From an uncultured bacterium (GTDB lineage Bacteria; Fidelibacterota; Marinisomatia; Marinisomatales; UBA1611), in NCBI GenBank assembly GCA_943788175.1, contig CALSPG010000001.1, positions 32,001-96,000 on the forward strand: a stretch of DNA of 64,000 bases, given 5' to 3'. The position numbers and the translations under genes are program-made. The notes beneath the pieces are model-generated. The model had not been told where the DNA came from, searched no databases, and was given only the letters and a program-made list of their open reading frames with translations. Shown in pieces: positions 1 through 10,422 of this stretch (positions are counted from its first letter, which is position 1; each line of letters begins with the position of its first letter).

Positions 1-210
1 TCCAATACTTTAGTGTCTATTCAATTAAAAGAAGAAGATAATTTTTTAATTAAAGAAATTGAAGTATCTCACTCAAAACATCTATTAAATAGATTTGTTG
101 ATAGTACTTCTGTAACAGGATTTAATTATGGTGGAGTAGTCTCAATTTCAGAGAATTTATTTAAAAAAGTAAAAAGTATTGATCTAATGACTGTAATTGA
201 CGATTTATAG
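1..210 (+). CDS. Hypothetical protein, 5'-truncated by the window edge
   Basis: Frame 1 is open from base 1 (SNTLVSIQLKEE...) to TAG at 208-210. No recognisable motif. Confidence 0.5.
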   Translation, partial: SNTLVSIQLKEEDNFLIKEIEVSHSKHLLNRFVDSTSVTGFNYGGVVSISENLFKKVKSIDLMTVIDDL

Positions 211-555
211 TCATTTTCCATATTTCTGGAACTTCCAAACTACACTCATCTACAGTCGAATAATTTCAACTTTGTTGGTTAACTTGTAGTCTCAGACACC
301 AAGTTAACGTCGACAAAACCATAACTATAAAACTTACAGAAAAACACTATAATGGATTCTCATTATCTCATTATGAGGTTTTGTTTATTTTTGTTACAGT
401 TTTTTCAAATTATTAAGCCTTTTCACAAATTTTTTCTACTATTAAACCTAATCTATAGGTAATTATTGGCCCGGCGGCCTTTCAAGCAAGAATGTTTTTC
501 CTCAAAAAATGCTTGTTGATTACATGCGGGTTTATAAGCTTTACGCTTGATTTTT

Positions 556-2196
556 ATGCTAAAAATAATATTAATTAGCTTATCCATTTTTTCTATCGGA
601 TGCGAAACAAAAAAAGAGCGAAAAGAGGAGCGGGCACTTACTATTTATCAAGAAAATACCGCGTCTTGGGTTAGGAACTTTAATCCACTTTCAACATCGG
701 GAACTGCTAGGTGGCCTACATCATGTGGAATATATGAACCTCTTTTTATTTATAATTCAATGCAGGGTGAATATATACCTTGGCTTTGCACTGACTATAA
801 ATGGGAAGATAATAATAAGACGTTAATAATGTACGTTAGAGAAAATGTGTTGTGGTCAGATAAAACCCCTTTTTCATCGGAAGATATTGCTTTTACATTT
901 AACTTGAAAAAGAAACATAAAGGCCTAGATACTAGAGACTCTTGGAGCTATTTAAAAAGCGTAAAAGCATTAAATAAAACAACTGTTGAGTTCAAGTTTA
1001 GTCGAATTTATGTTCCGGGTTTTGACGCAATCGTTGGGCAACCAATTGTAGCTAAACATATATGGGAAAAAATTAAAGATCCAATACGTTTTTCAAATCC
1101 AAACCCTGTTGGGACAGGACCTTTTACTGAAATTCTACGTTTTGACAATCAAGTTTGGGAGCTTGGCAAGAATCCAAACTATTGGCAACCTAATAAACCA
1201 GAAGTGAAAAAACTGAAGTTCCCTGCATTTCCAAGCAATGAACAAGTCACGCTTGCTCTAATTAGTGGAGATTTAGATTGGGCCGGAGCATTTATCCCCG
1301 CAATTGATAGAGTTTATGCAAAAAAAAACCCAGAATTTCATAAGTACTGGTTCTCCGAAACGGGGCACACAACATTTTTTTATACAAACACAATGAACAA
1401 AGTTTTAAAAGATTCAAAAATTCGGAAAGCTATTAGCTATGCAATTGATAGAAGTTTAGTCGTAAAAGTAGGTATGTATAACTACACGGAACCTGCTCAT
1501 GTAACTGGTATATCCGGTAAAATGGCAAAATGGCATCCAAAAGATATAGAAACAAAAGAAAACTGGGTTAAATATAATCCAATACTATCTAATCAGATTT
1601 TTGATGATGCGGGGTATTATAAAAATAAAAATGGTTTTCGTGAAGATAAAAATGGGGACCCATTATCCTTTGATATAATTGTTGTCTCCGGTTGGAGTGA
1701 TTGGATTAGATCTGCCCAAGTTATATCGCAGAATCTTAAAAAAGTTGGTATAAAAGCAAAAGTGAAAACATATGACTTTGGCGCCTGGATGAGCAGAATG
1801 CAAAAAGGTGAGTTTGATATGGCTATAGGTTGGGCAGAAAAGGGGACAAACCCTTTTCCTTTATATAGAGGCATGATGTCATCTAGGTATATAAAACCCA
1901 TAGGGAAAGATGCTGACGCAAATTGGCATAGGTTTTCAACTGCTGAAGTCGATTCTTTATTATTACAATTTGAAAAAACATCAGACAAATATGTGATTAA
2001 AGATATTTTACATAAACTGCAAAATATATTCATTGATTATGCTCCTGCTATACCTCTATTTGCAGAGGTGTCATGGGGAGAATGCAATACGACTTATTTT
2101 ACTAACTTCCCGAGTAAAAAAAACCCCTATGCGCCTTTGTCACCAAACTCCCAGCTAGAAAATTTAATGGTATTAGTTAATGTGAAGGTACGATGA
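556..2196 (+). CDS. ABC transporter substrate-binding lipoprotein, family 5 (OppA/DppA), oligosaccharide-binding type
   Basis: Lipobox (FSIG-C) after ATG 556. NFNPL, IYEPL, PVGTGPF and GWSDW motifs resemble cello-/chito-oligosaccharide-binding family 5 SBPs. First gene of a complete ABC operon. Confidence 0.88.
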   Translation: MLKIILISLSIFSIGCETKKERKEERALTIYQENTASWVRNFNPLSTSGTARWPTSCGIYEPLFIYNSMQGEYIPWLCTDYKWEDNNKTLIMYVRENVLWSDKTPFSSEDIAFTFNLKKKHKGLDTRDSWSYLKSVKALNKTTVEFKFSRIYVPGFDAIVGQPIVAKHIWEKIKDPIRFSNPNPVGTGPFTEILRFDNQVWELGKNPNYWQPNKPEVKKLKFPAFPSNEQVTLALISGDLDWAGAFIPAIDRVYAKKNPEFHKYWFSETGHTTFFYTNTMNKVLKDSKIRKAISYAIDRSLVVKVGMYNYTEPAHVTGISGKMAKWHPKDIETKENWVKYNPILSNQIFDDAGYYKNKNGFREDKNGDPLSFDIIVVSGWSDWIRSAQVISQNLKKVGIKAKVKTYDFGAWMSRMQKGEFDMAIGWAEKGTNPFPLYRGMMSSRYIKPIGKDADANWHRFSTAEVDSLLLQFEKTSDKYVIKDILHKLQNIFIDYAPAIPLFAEVSWGECNTTYFTNFPSKKNPYAPLSPNSQLENLMVLVNVKVR

Positions 2197-3179
2197 GTAA
2201 CTCTATACGATACCTTACCAGAAGGCTTGGCTTTTATTCTATTGCAGCGTGGGCAGCACTTACTCTTAATTTCTTTATACCAAGACTAATGCCTGGAGAT
2301 CCAGCTGCAATTATCTTTGCAAGATTTAGAGGGAAATTAACACCAGAGGCAATGGTTGCACTTAGAGAAACTTTTGGTCTCACAGATGGCCCGCTACTTA
2401 TACAATATTTCTCTTATATCAAAAGCATGTTTAAAGGGGACTTAGGAGTTTCTATTGCATACTTTCCAGAGCCTGTTGCTAATATTATTTCTACCGGATT
2501 ATTGTGGACAATATTTCTTGCGGGCACCTCTCTTGTTATTTCATTTATTATCGGTACTTTGCTGGGTGCAATAATTTCTTGGAAAAGAGGTGGTCGACTT
2601 GACTCTTTTCTTCCTCCATTTTTGGCTTTTATTGGTGCTTTTCCATACTTTTGGTTAGCAATGTTATCGCTATATATTTTTGGCTTTAAACTTGAGTGGT
2701 TCCCACTTCGGCATGCCTATAGTGATGATGTTACTGTTGGTCTGAATATCCCATTTATTTTTAGCTCCATTTATCATGCTATACTACCAGCAACTACAAT
2801 GGTTCTGGTAAGTCTTGGAGGGTGGATGCTCTCTATGAGAAATACGATGATTACCACGTTAGGATCTGATTATATAACTCTTGCTAGAGCAAAAGGCCTG
2901 TCATCTTGGATTGTAATGTTAAAATATGCAGCCAGAAATGCAATCCTACCAAACTTTACAGGATTTGGAATGGCGCTTGGGTTTGTGCTTAGTGGTGCCT
3001 TATTAACTGAAATTATTTTTTCTTATCCAGGACAAGGTTATTTGCTTCTACAAGCAGTAAGATCCCAAGACTTTCCTTTAATGCAAGGGCTATTCATGAC
3101 AATCACGCTCGCAGTTTTAGCTGCCAATTGGTTTGTGGATATAGCCATTTTATTTCTAGATCCAAGGACACGAAAATAA
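2193..3179 (+). CDS. ABC transporter permease (OppB/DppB family)
   Basis: PRLMPGDP N-terminus, GDLGVS, EAA-like loop (DYITLARAKGL), LDPR C-terminus. Overlaps the upstream stop. Confidence 0.93.
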   Translation: MSNSIRYLTRRLGFYSIAAWAALTLNFFIPRLMPGDPAAIIFARFRGKLTPEAMVALRETFGLTDGPLLIQYFSYIKSMFKGDLGVSIAYFPEPVANIISTGLLWTIFLAGTSLVISFIIGTLLGAIISWKRGGRLDSFLPPFLAFIGAFPYFWLAMLSLYIFGFKLEWFPLRHAYSDDVTVGLNIPFIFSSIYHAILPATTMVLVSLGGWMLSMRNTMITTLGSDYITLARAKGLSSWIVMLKYAARNAILPNFTGFGMALGFVLSGALLTEIIFSYPGQGYLLLQAVRSQDFPLMQGLFMTITLAVLAANWFVDIAILFLDPRTRK

Positions 3180-3180
3180 A

Positions 3181-4104
3181 ATGAATAAGAACAGTATCCT
3201 TAAACGATGGGGTAGGGGAATCATAAAAAACAAAAAAGCTTCTTTTGGTATTTACTTTGTTTCCTCACTTATTGGACTATCAATTTTTGGTCCTTTATTT
3301 ACTCTTGATCCTACTGCTTTCTTAGGTACCCCTCTTTCGCCACCTTCGCTGGAACATTTTTTTGGTACAAATGGTCAAGGACAAGATGTTCTATCTCAAA
3401 CAATCGCAGGTGCAAGACAAACTCTTCTAGTTGCATTTACGACAGGATTCTTTGTTGTTCTTGTTGGAGCATTCATTGGCGGAGCAGCTGGATATTATGG
3501 AGGTAAAATCGATGATTTTTTATCTCTAATTATTAATGTTTTTTTAGTAATGCCCGGTTTGCCTTTAATGGTAATTTTAGCTAGTTGGTTACCACCTGGC
3601 CCTTTAACGCTTGCTGGTGTCTTAATTCTAACTGGGTGGGCTTGGAATGCTCGAGTAATCCGATCTCAAATGATGTCTTTGAAAGGAAGAGATTTTGTAC
3701 TAGCTGCAATTATAAGCGGAGAGAGTAATACTCGAATTATATTTGTAGAGATTATGCCTAGAATGCTATCATTGTTAGCTTCTTCATTTATTGGAGCATC
3801 GATATACGCAATTGGAGCCCAGGTGGGACTAGAGTTTTTAGGTCTTGGTGATGTTAGTACTGTTTCATGGGGTACAAATTTATACTGGGCATCTAACGAC
3901 TTAGCTTTACTAACTGGATCTTGGTGGACATTTGTTCCTACTGGATTAAGTATAGCGCTAATAAGTTTTTCGCTTACTCTTATAAACTTTGGCATAGATG
4001 AAGTAACAAACCCTCGTTTAATTTCAGAGAGAAATTGGAAAAAACAATTACCTGATAACACACTGAACAACGGTGTAACACCAGTAGTAAGAAAAAATGG
4101 CTAA
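3181..4104 (+). CDS. ABC transporter permease (OppC/DppC family)
   Basis: PPSLEHFFGTNGQGQDV, ARVIRSQ...RDFVLAA and LEFLGLG motifs. Confidence 0.93.
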   Translation: MNKNSILKRWGRGIIKNKKASFGIYFVSSLIGLSIFGPLFTLDPTAFLGTPLSPPSLEHFFGTNGQGQDVLSQTIAGARQTLLVAFTTGFFVVLVGAFIGGAAGYYGGKIDDFLSLIINVFLVMPGLPLMVILASWLPPGPLTLAGVLILTGWAWNARVIRSQMMSLKGRDFVLAAIISGESNTRIIFVEIMPRMLSLLASSFIGASIYAIGAQVGLEFLGLGDVSTVSWGTNLYWASNDLALLTGSWWTFVPTGLSIALISFSLTLINFGIDEVTNPRLISERNWKKQLPDNTLNNGVTPVVRKNG

Positions 4105-5743
4105 AAATTTAATATCAATAAAAAATTTAGATGTTAAATACATCACAAATAAAAAGCCTATTCATGCTGTAAAAAACGTCTCTTTTGATATTAAAAAAGG
4201 TGAGATATTTGGCCTTGTGGGTGAATCTGGTTGTGGTAAAAGCACTGTTGTACAATCAATAATAAGGACATTGAATCCACCAGCAATCATAACTAATGGT
4301 TATATAAAATATGACAATAAAGATATCCTCTCATTATCTGTAAGCGAAGTAAGAAAATTAAGATGGAGTCAAATTTCAATTGTTATGCAGAGTGCACTTA
4401 ATGCTTTGAACCCTGTTCTAACAATCAAAGAACAAATAATTGATGTATTTATAACACATAAAGGAATGTCAAAATTTGAAGCAGTTGAAAAATCTAAGGT
4501 GTTATTAGAACTTGTTGATATAAATAATGATAGGTTAGAAAGCTACGCTCATGAATTGTCTGGTGGTATGAGACAGAGAGTTGTTTTAGCAATAGCCCTT
4601 GCTCTTACACCTCCATTAATTATTATGGACGAACCAACAACGGCTTTAGATGTAATTATAGAAAGAGAAATTTTACTCAAAATATTGGAACTTAGAAAAA
4701 GTCTCAACTTCACAATCTTATTTATTACTCATGACCTTAACTTACTACTTGAGTTCGCTGATAAAATAGGTGTCATGAAAGAGGGTGAGCTTATTGAGGT
4801 TGGTATAACAGAAAAAATTAAACTAGGCGGCCAAAAAGAATATACAAAAAAATTAATTTCTTCTATACCATCTGCGTCAGGTAAAAGAGGAGTAGAGTTT
4901 TTCCCAGAACCCAATCTTTCGATTAAAACTGGTGCACCAATGTTGGAAATGAAAAATATAAATAAAGAATACTTAATTGGCGGCTTTTTTAATAAAAAAA
5001 CTCTTCATGCTGTAAAAGATTTTTCTTTAAGAATATTTAAAGGTGAAATTATTGGACTAGTCGGTGAATCGGGTAGCGGTAAAAGTACAATAGCTCAGCT
5101 TATTACGAGATTAGAAACTCAAACATCGGGTTCAATTTTATTGAATGGGACTGATTTAAAAAGAAATAGATCAAAAAATGTATCTCTTGGTTATCGTAAA
5201 AAAGTTCAAATGATATTTCAAGATCCATTTGGATCCTTGAATAACATACACAATGTATACCATCACCTTTCCAGGCCTATTATTAGACATAATATTGTTC
5301 CTAAAAGAAAGTTAGAAAAATATATCTATAAACTATTAGAATCTGTTGAATTAAGCCCAGGGAAACTCTTTGCGAAAAAATTTCCACATGAAATGTCTGG
5401 TGGCGAGCGTCAGAGAGTTGCGATAGCTAGAGCGTTAAGCGTTAAGCCGGACTTAGTTATTGCCGATGAGCCAACCTCGATGCTTGATGTCTCCATACGA
5501 ATGGATATACTTAGAATATTAGCTAAATTACGTAATGAGCACAATGTTGCGATATTATTCATAACTCATGATTTAGCCTCAGCAAGATACCTGGCTGATA
5601 GAATTATTGTATTACAAAACGGTAAAAAAATTGAGCAAGGTATTTCCGAAGATTTAATACAATCTCCAAAGGAGTTATACACTAAACAATTAATTGCAGC
5701 CGCCTCACCCGGTTGGCTGAAAAATGCCATACTTGAGCAATAA
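4097..5743 (+). CDS. ABC transporter ATP-binding protein, fused OppD/OppF (two NBDs)
   Basis: Two Walker A motifs ([16 protein letters not shown]), two signatures ([16 protein letters not shown]), DEPT Walker B and ITHDL in each half. Confidence 0.95.
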   Translation: MAKNLISIKNLDVKYITNKKPIHAVKNVSFDIKKGEIFGLVGESGCGKSTVVQSIIRTLNPPAIITNGYIKYDNKDILSLSVSEVRKLRWSQISIVMQSALNALNPVLTIKEQIIDVFITHKGMSKFEAVEKSKVLLELVDINNDRLESYAHELSGGMRQRVVLAIALALTPPLIIMDEPTTALDVIIEREILLKILELRKSLNFTILFITHDLNLLLEFADKIGVMKEGELIEVGITEKIKLGGQKEYTKKLISSIPSASGKRGVEFFPEPNLSIKTGAPMLEMKNINKEYLIGGFFNKKTLHAVKDFSLRIFKGEIIGLVGESGSGKSTIAQLITRLETQTSGSILLNGTDLKRNRSKNVSLGYRKKVQMIFQDPFGSLNNIHNVYHHLSRPIIRHNIVPKRKLEKYIYKLLESVELSPGKLFAKKFPHEMSGGERQRVAIARALSVKPDLVIADEPTSMLDVSIRMDILRILAKLRNEHNVAILFITHDLASARYLADRIIVLQNGKKIEQGISEDLIQSPKELYTKQLIAAASPGWLKNAILEQ

Positions 5744-5746
5744 AAA

Positions 5747-5839
5747 ATGGATATGAAAAACAAATCATTTATAAAAGATTTTACTTATAGTGTCGCAACC
5801 TCCGTCTATCATGAGTGTCTACATAATATTGATGCGTGA
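5747..5839 (+). pseudogene. Probable N-terminal remnant of a GH1 beta-glucosidase
   Basis: Own translation MDMKNKSFIKDFTYSVATSVYHECLHNIDA* resembles the GH1 N-terminal signature (FPxxFxWGxATxAYQ). It begins 3 nt after the ABC ATPase stop. Confidence 0.5.
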
Positions 5840-5855
5840 GGTCAGGTTTTAAAAT

Positions 5856-6275
5856 ATGAATGAAAAAATAAAAGATGGGTTACATACTGAGTGGCATGAA
5901 AATGGAAAGAAAAAATTTGAAGGAACTTTCAAGGATGGAAAACCAGTTGGATTACTAACAAATTGGTTTGATAATGGACAAAAGAAAGAAGAAATGAATT
6001 TTAAAAATGGAAGATTAAATGGTTTAGGAACCACATGGTATAAAAACGGACAAAAAGAATTGGAAGGATATCTTAAAAACGATAAAAAAGATGGACTAAG
6101 CACTTCGTGGTATGAAAATGGAAATAAACAATTAGAAACGAACAACAAAGATGGGGAACTCGATGGACTAAGTACTATGTGGTTTGATAATGGTCAGAAA
6201 AAAGTAGAAGTAACATTTAAAAAAGGTAAAATACTTTCTGAAAAAAAATGGAACGCGGATGGATCATCCAATTAG
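5856..6275 (+). CDS. MORN-variant repeat protein (YwqK-like)
   Basis: Tandem ~24-aa repeats of the form G-x-x-T-x-W-(Y/F/H)-x-NG-x-K. Confidence 0.85.
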   Translation: MNEKIKDGLHTEWHENGKKKFEGTFKDGKPVGLLTNWFDNGQKKEEMNFKNGRLNGLGTTWYKNGQKELEGYLKNDKKDGLSTSWYENGNKQLETNNKDGELDGLSTMWFDNGQKKVEVTFKKGKILSEKKWNADGSSN

Positions 6276-6347
6276 AACTAAATCTAAAGGTGCATATAAG
6301 ATTTTTATCTTCAATAAAAGAATTATGAAAGATCAAGCAAAAATAGA

Positions 6348-6773
6348 CTAAGTATCAGATGAATTAATTTTCCGACGATCTTTCTTCTTTAAACTATGAG
6401 CACGTTTATTCTTCAATCTTTTTTCAATACTACTTCTTTTGGGGTAGGTGGACTTCCTGTTTTTGGGCTTTTTAGATGCCTCTCTTAATAAATAAATTAA
6501 CTTATCATGTGCATTTTTACGGTTACGTATTTGTGACTTGTGTTTACTAGAAGTAATAATTAAATCACCGTTTCCTTTTAATTTTGATCCTGCCATATTT
6601 TTCAATCGCGAAAGCATATTATTGCTGATTTGTATGGACTTAATTACGTTAAAACGAAGTTGTACTTGAGTTGAAACTTTATTTACATGTTGTCCGCCTG
6701 GTCCAGAAGATCTTACAAAAGTTTCTTTAATATCACTTTTGTTAACATATAAATTATTTGATATTTTTATCAT
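6348..6773 (-). CDS. arfB: Alternative ribosome rescue peptidyl-tRNA hydrolase ArfB (YaeJ)
   Basis: RSSGPGGQHVNKVST (GGQ motif), SQIRNR, and a basic C-terminal tail (KRLKNKRAHSLKK). Confidence 0.93.
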   Translation of the reverse strand: MIKISNNLYVNKSDIKETFVRSSGPGGQHVNKVSTQVQLRFNVIKSIQISNNMLSRLKNMAGSKLKGNGDLIITSSKHKSQIRNRKNAHDKLIYLLREASKKPKNRKSTYPKRSSIEKRLKNKRAHSLKKKDRRKINSSDT

Positions 6774-7042
6774 ATATCCTCAATAAAAATAATTATATAA
6801 TGATTTTCTTATATTAAAATTGTAAATGAATGTATTATAAAGTATAGACAATGAAAGTTTTTTTTAGCATAAATTTTTTATCGATTATAAAATTAATTTA
6901 CGTTAATGGAATACTCTTATTTATATGCTACTAAAATACTGCTTAAGTTGTAAATGTGATTTTAATCTGAGTGTGTTTATTTTTTAATGTCTCATCAAAT
7001 TTGAGGACCCAGATGCCATTAATTGTTATTTGATGAGATTAA

Positions 7043-7226
7043 ATGAAAAAGAAGGACAACAAACATTAAAAGAAAATTAATATATATTGAGTTGGTTTTA
7101 ATATCTATACTACTTTTATTATATGTAACAAAAAATCTAACACTGCCTATAGTGGTAATAATTTCAATATTATATTTTATATGTTTTGTTATGTGGTTTC
7201 GATTAAATAATCATAATGAAAAATAG
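7043..7226 (+). pseudogene. Small 2-TM membrane protein, apparently +1 frameshifted in an A-run just after the ATG
   Basis: Removing one A from 7046-7050 gives a 60-aa ORF, MKRRTTNIKRKLIYIELVLISILLLLYVTKNLTLPIVVIISILYFICFVMWFRLNNHNEK. Confidence 0.35.
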
Positions 7227-7288
7227 TAATAGATTTAAGAAAGTAATAATATATTTATATTTCGAAGTAAAATAATTATTCTATTGAT

Positions 7289-7786
7289 ATGAATAAATAT
7301 AGCATAGAGAGTGCCACCAAAAGCGACATGGATTTTATTTTGAAGTTAAACCAAAATAATATGCCTGCTGTGAGCATACTTTCTAGTAATCTTTTTTTAA
7401 AGTTTTTAAATATATCAGATTACTTTAAAATCATTAAATATGATGACGAATCTGTTGGTTTTTTAATCGCATTAATTCCCAATAAACTTTATAATAGTAT
7501 TAATTATCAATGGTTTAATAACCATTACAACTCTTTTATCTACGTTGATCGAATCGTTGTTTCAAACAGTAATCAAAATAAAGGAATTGGTAGTTACTTT
7601 TATAATGACATCAAGTCAAAGTACATAAATAAAGTAAGTCATTTAGCATGCGAGGTAAATATCAAGCCATTAAATCAGCAGTCAATTAATTTTCACAAAA
7701 AGTTCGGATTCAAGGAAGTTGGCCAGCAATTTTCAGAAGAAAATAAAAAACTCGTATCGTTACAAGTATTTAAGCTTAAAAATTAA
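7289..7786 (+). CDS. GNAT family N-acetyltransferase
   Basis: YVDRIVV...QNKGIGS acetyl-CoA motif A, CEVN...NQQSINFHKKFGF. Confidence 0.88.
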   Translation: MNKYSIESATKSDMDFILKLNQNNMPAVSILSSNLFLKFLNISDYFKIIKYDDESVGFLIALIPNKLYNSINYQWFNNHYNSFIYVDRIVVSNSNQNKGIGSYFYNDIKSKYINKVSHLACEVNIKPLNQQSINFHKKFGFKEVGQQFSEENKKLVSLQVFKLKN

Positions 7787-7804
7787 TTATAATTTTTTAA
7801 GCTA

Positions 7805-8206
7805 TTATTTTTTAGTTATTACTGCCACATAGAGTGTATAAGCTGTTAAAATAATCCATAAAGCAACCGCTGGTTGAGGCGTTGCAATCATAGGCTCTGT
7901 TGGAAATTTTTCGTATGCAGACAAATTTGATGCAATAATTACAGCGTCCGCTATTGCCATAATACTTCCTACGCCGAGCAGTATTCTTTTTGCTTTTTTA
8001 CCCTCGATATCTCGAAGCATAAAAAAAGTATATGAAATCATCATAGAAAGCGTGCCACCAATATAACCCATCACTCTAGCCATGAACTGACCCTTTTCGC
8101 TCTCAACTAAAGCTTCTACACCTGTTGGGTTTAATACCCAGAAAATAAAAATATGAAAAGCAAACCAAGCTGCTAGTACTGTGAATACCATTTTAGGTTT
8201 TAACAT
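7805..8206 (-). CDS. Hypothetical 4-TM membrane protein (homolog of 23255..23635)
   Basis: Four hydrophobic segments. Shares RD(I/M)E-x-K-x-AK and P-x-PAV motifs with 23255..23635. Confidence 0.75.
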   Translation of the reverse strand: MLKPKMVFTVLAAWFAFHIFIFWVLNPTGVEALVESEKGQFMARVMGYIGGTLSMMISYTFFMLRDIEGKKAKRILLGVGSIMAIADAVIIASNLSAYEKFPTEPMIATPQPAVALWIILTAYTLYVAVITKK

Positions 8207-8373
8207 ATTATTAACCTTTCTTAAATGAAGTTATAAATTATTATCAGATTAAATTTAACTTTTTATTTAATGTATTTAAAAAATTTAATATTTGTAAAAA
8301 ATTGAAATCAATTTTAACAGGGTTATTTAAATTCGGTATCTGGAAAGTCAATTAAAAAATAAAAGAGAAATCA

Positions 8374-8829
8374 ATGAGCAAAAATATCCAAAGAATTAAG
8401 AAAAATTTAAATATCGTACTAAGCGCAGAAGGTAATAATGATATATCATTATTAATTCTTCGGGTTACGACAGGTTTATTAATGTTTTTTGGTCATGGAC
8501 TCAATAAGCTAACTGCTGGCACAGCAAGGTGGGAAAAGTTGGGGCATGCCTTTACCGATTTAATAGGCCTAGATTCATTTCACATATTTTTTGGTTTCTT
8601 AGCTTCCTTATCTGAATCAATAGGGGCTTTGTTAGTAGCTTTTGGCCTTGTTACTCGTTTTTCTTCATTCTTCTTATTTTTTACAATGGCAATAGCATCG
8701 CTAAAGCATTTATTAAAAGATGATTTTTCAGAATTAGCATTAATTTATGCTTTGATATGTCTAGTTATAATGATTTCGGGATCAGGTAAATACAGTTTGG
8801 ATTATTATTTGTTTAAAAAAAATGATTAA
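8374..8829 (+). CDS. DoxX family membrane protein
   Basis: LLILRV..GLLMFFGHGLNKL, E..GALLVAFGLVTR, GSGKYSLD. Confidence 0.88.
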   Translation: MSKNIQRIKKNLNIVLSAEGNNDISLLILRVTTGLLMFFGHGLNKLTAGTARWEKLGHAFTDLIGLDSFHIFFGFLASLSESIGALLVAFGLVTRFSSFFLFFTMAIASLKHLLKDDFSELALIYALICLVIMISGSGKYSLDYYLFKKND

Positions 8830-9220
8830 AATTTTGAATTTTATAAAGTCAACTTTCTCCATTACAATGTTTAGAAATCTATCAATGCTTTTCACGATAA
8901 TGTTTTGTCTTATAAAGGGTCAAAACGAACTGGATGGCAAGTGGTATAAGGATAGAACAAATTGGCAAATTTATATAAAAATCAATACATCGAATGATGG
9001 TCAAATGTTAGAAGAATATATAAAAGTGGCTGATAAACAAAATTTAATATATTCGAGAAAAGTTCATAAAAAGTGGCTTGGAAAACCCTACACATTAACT
9101 AAGTACAAGGGTAAATCATATAAAACTGAATTGAAACTCATTGATGATAAAACTATATTGTATGGGAATGATTTATATAAAAAGTATGATTTGCCGAGAG
9201 GTTTTTTAAAAGGTAGCTAA
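8822..9220 (+). CDS. Hypothetical exported protein
   Basis: Signal-like N-terminus followed by LDGKW. Overlaps the DoxX stop. Confidence 0.6.
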   Translation: MIKILNFIKSTFSITMFRNLSMLFTIMFCLIKGQNELDGKWYKDRTNWQIYIKINTSNDGQMLEEYIKVADKQNLIYSRKVHKKWLGKPYTLTKYKGKSYKTELKLIDDKTILYGNDLYKKYDLPRGFLKGS

Positions 9221-9226
9221 CATTTT

Positions 9227-10351
9227 ATGAAATATTTAAAATATTATATTTCTACCATTACAATTTTGAGCGCTGGGTACATATGCACATTGGGAAAATT
9301 CTTTCCATTGGTGTTTTTCATTTCTTTCTCTTTATTTATAATATTTGGAGATTTGATTTTAAAAGGCGATGATAAAAAACATAATTATAAATATAATTTA
9401 TTCCTAAATCTCCCTATTTATTTGAATCTGCCATTACTAATATTATTTTTGATGACTGTAGTATTCATCCTTGGAAATTCTGATGAAAATGTATACTCAA
9501 TATTTTTTCTAGATATTTTAAATATAGACTTATTACATTTGAGAGAGTCCATTTATTTTTCTGATAAAATAGCACTTATTGCCTTAACAAGCTTATTTAT
9601 CGGCATCATGGGTACAGTTCCAGGACATGAATTAAGTCATCGGATTAAGGAAAAATTTGATTTATTTGTTGGAAATTGGCTTTTATCTTTATCTTGGGAT
9701 TGTGCATTTGCGATAGAACACGTTTATGGACATCATAAAAATGTGGGATTACTTAAAGACCCTGCAACTGCAAAGCGCGGAGAGAATGTGTATAAATTTG
9801 TGTTTACCGCTATCATTAAAGAACAAATTGATGCTTGGAAGATCGAGATTGAGAGATTAAAGCATAAATCATTATTTATTTTCGGTTTTCAAAACAAATT
9901 AATGATAGGGTATTCTAGGAGCGCCCTCATTGCGGTTTTAGCCTTTTATATTGGTGGAATAAAGGGATTATTCATTTTTCTATTATGCGCTTTTACTGCG
10001 AAATCACTTTTAGAGGTTATTAATTATATTGAACATTATGGCTTAATAAGAGTGGCAGGTGAAAAAGTTATGCCAAGACATTCGTGGAATTCTAATAGTG
10101 TAATGAGTAGTATTTATCTCTACAATGTAACTCGACATTCTGCTCATCATGAAAAACCCTATCTTAAGTTTTGGGAGTTGGATGCATACCATAAGGCCCC
10201 TATGATGCCTTATGGATATTTAGCCATGTTATATATGACTATTTTTACTCCTTTTTATTTTCAAAAAATAATGTCTAAAAAGTTAGCAGAATGGGATAAA
10301 CTTTTTGCGTCAGATGAAGAAAGAAAAATAATAAAAGCACAATTTTTATAA
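9227..10351 (+). CDS. alkB: Alkane 1-monooxygenase (AlkB family membrane non-heme diiron enzyme)
   Basis: His boxes HELSH, EHVYGHH, NYIEHYGL (the AlkB HYG motif), PRHSWN and HSAHH, plus DPATA and N-terminal TMs. Confidence 0.9.
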   Translation: MKYLKYYISTITILSAGYICTLGKFFPLVFFISFSLFIIFGDLILKGDDKKHNYKYNLFLNLPIYLNLPLLILFLMTVVFILGNSDENVYSIFFLDILNIDLLHLRESIYFSDKIALIALTSLFIGIMGTVPGHELSHRIKEKFDLFVGNWLLSLSWDCAFAIEHVYGHHKNVGLLKDPATAKRGENVYKFVFTAIIKEQIDAWKIEIERLKHKSLFIFGFQNKLMIGYSRSALIAVLAFYIGGIKGLFIFLLCAFTAKSLLEVINYIEHYGLIRVAGEKVMPRHSWNSNSVMSSIYLYNVTRHSAHHEKPYLKFWELDAYHKAPMMPYGYLAMLYMTIFTPFYFQKIMSKKLAEWDKLFASDEERKIIKAQFL

Positions 10352-10422
10352 AGCTGTATTCAAGCTTTTTTAACATTAGATTAATGGATTGTGGTTTTAC
10401 TAACAAAAAAAAGGAGCTAAAA

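Noticed and set aside
349-367. Fur-like ATAATG-N6-CATTAT upstream of the ABC operon
   Set aside because: The spacer is one base off the Fur geometry, the background is AT-rich, and it does not match the two iron-locus boxes.
5856-6275. YwqK-like repeat proteins (also 20387-20851) as antitoxins
   Set aside because: No adjacent toxin gene, and these repeats are common outside toxin-antitoxin systems.
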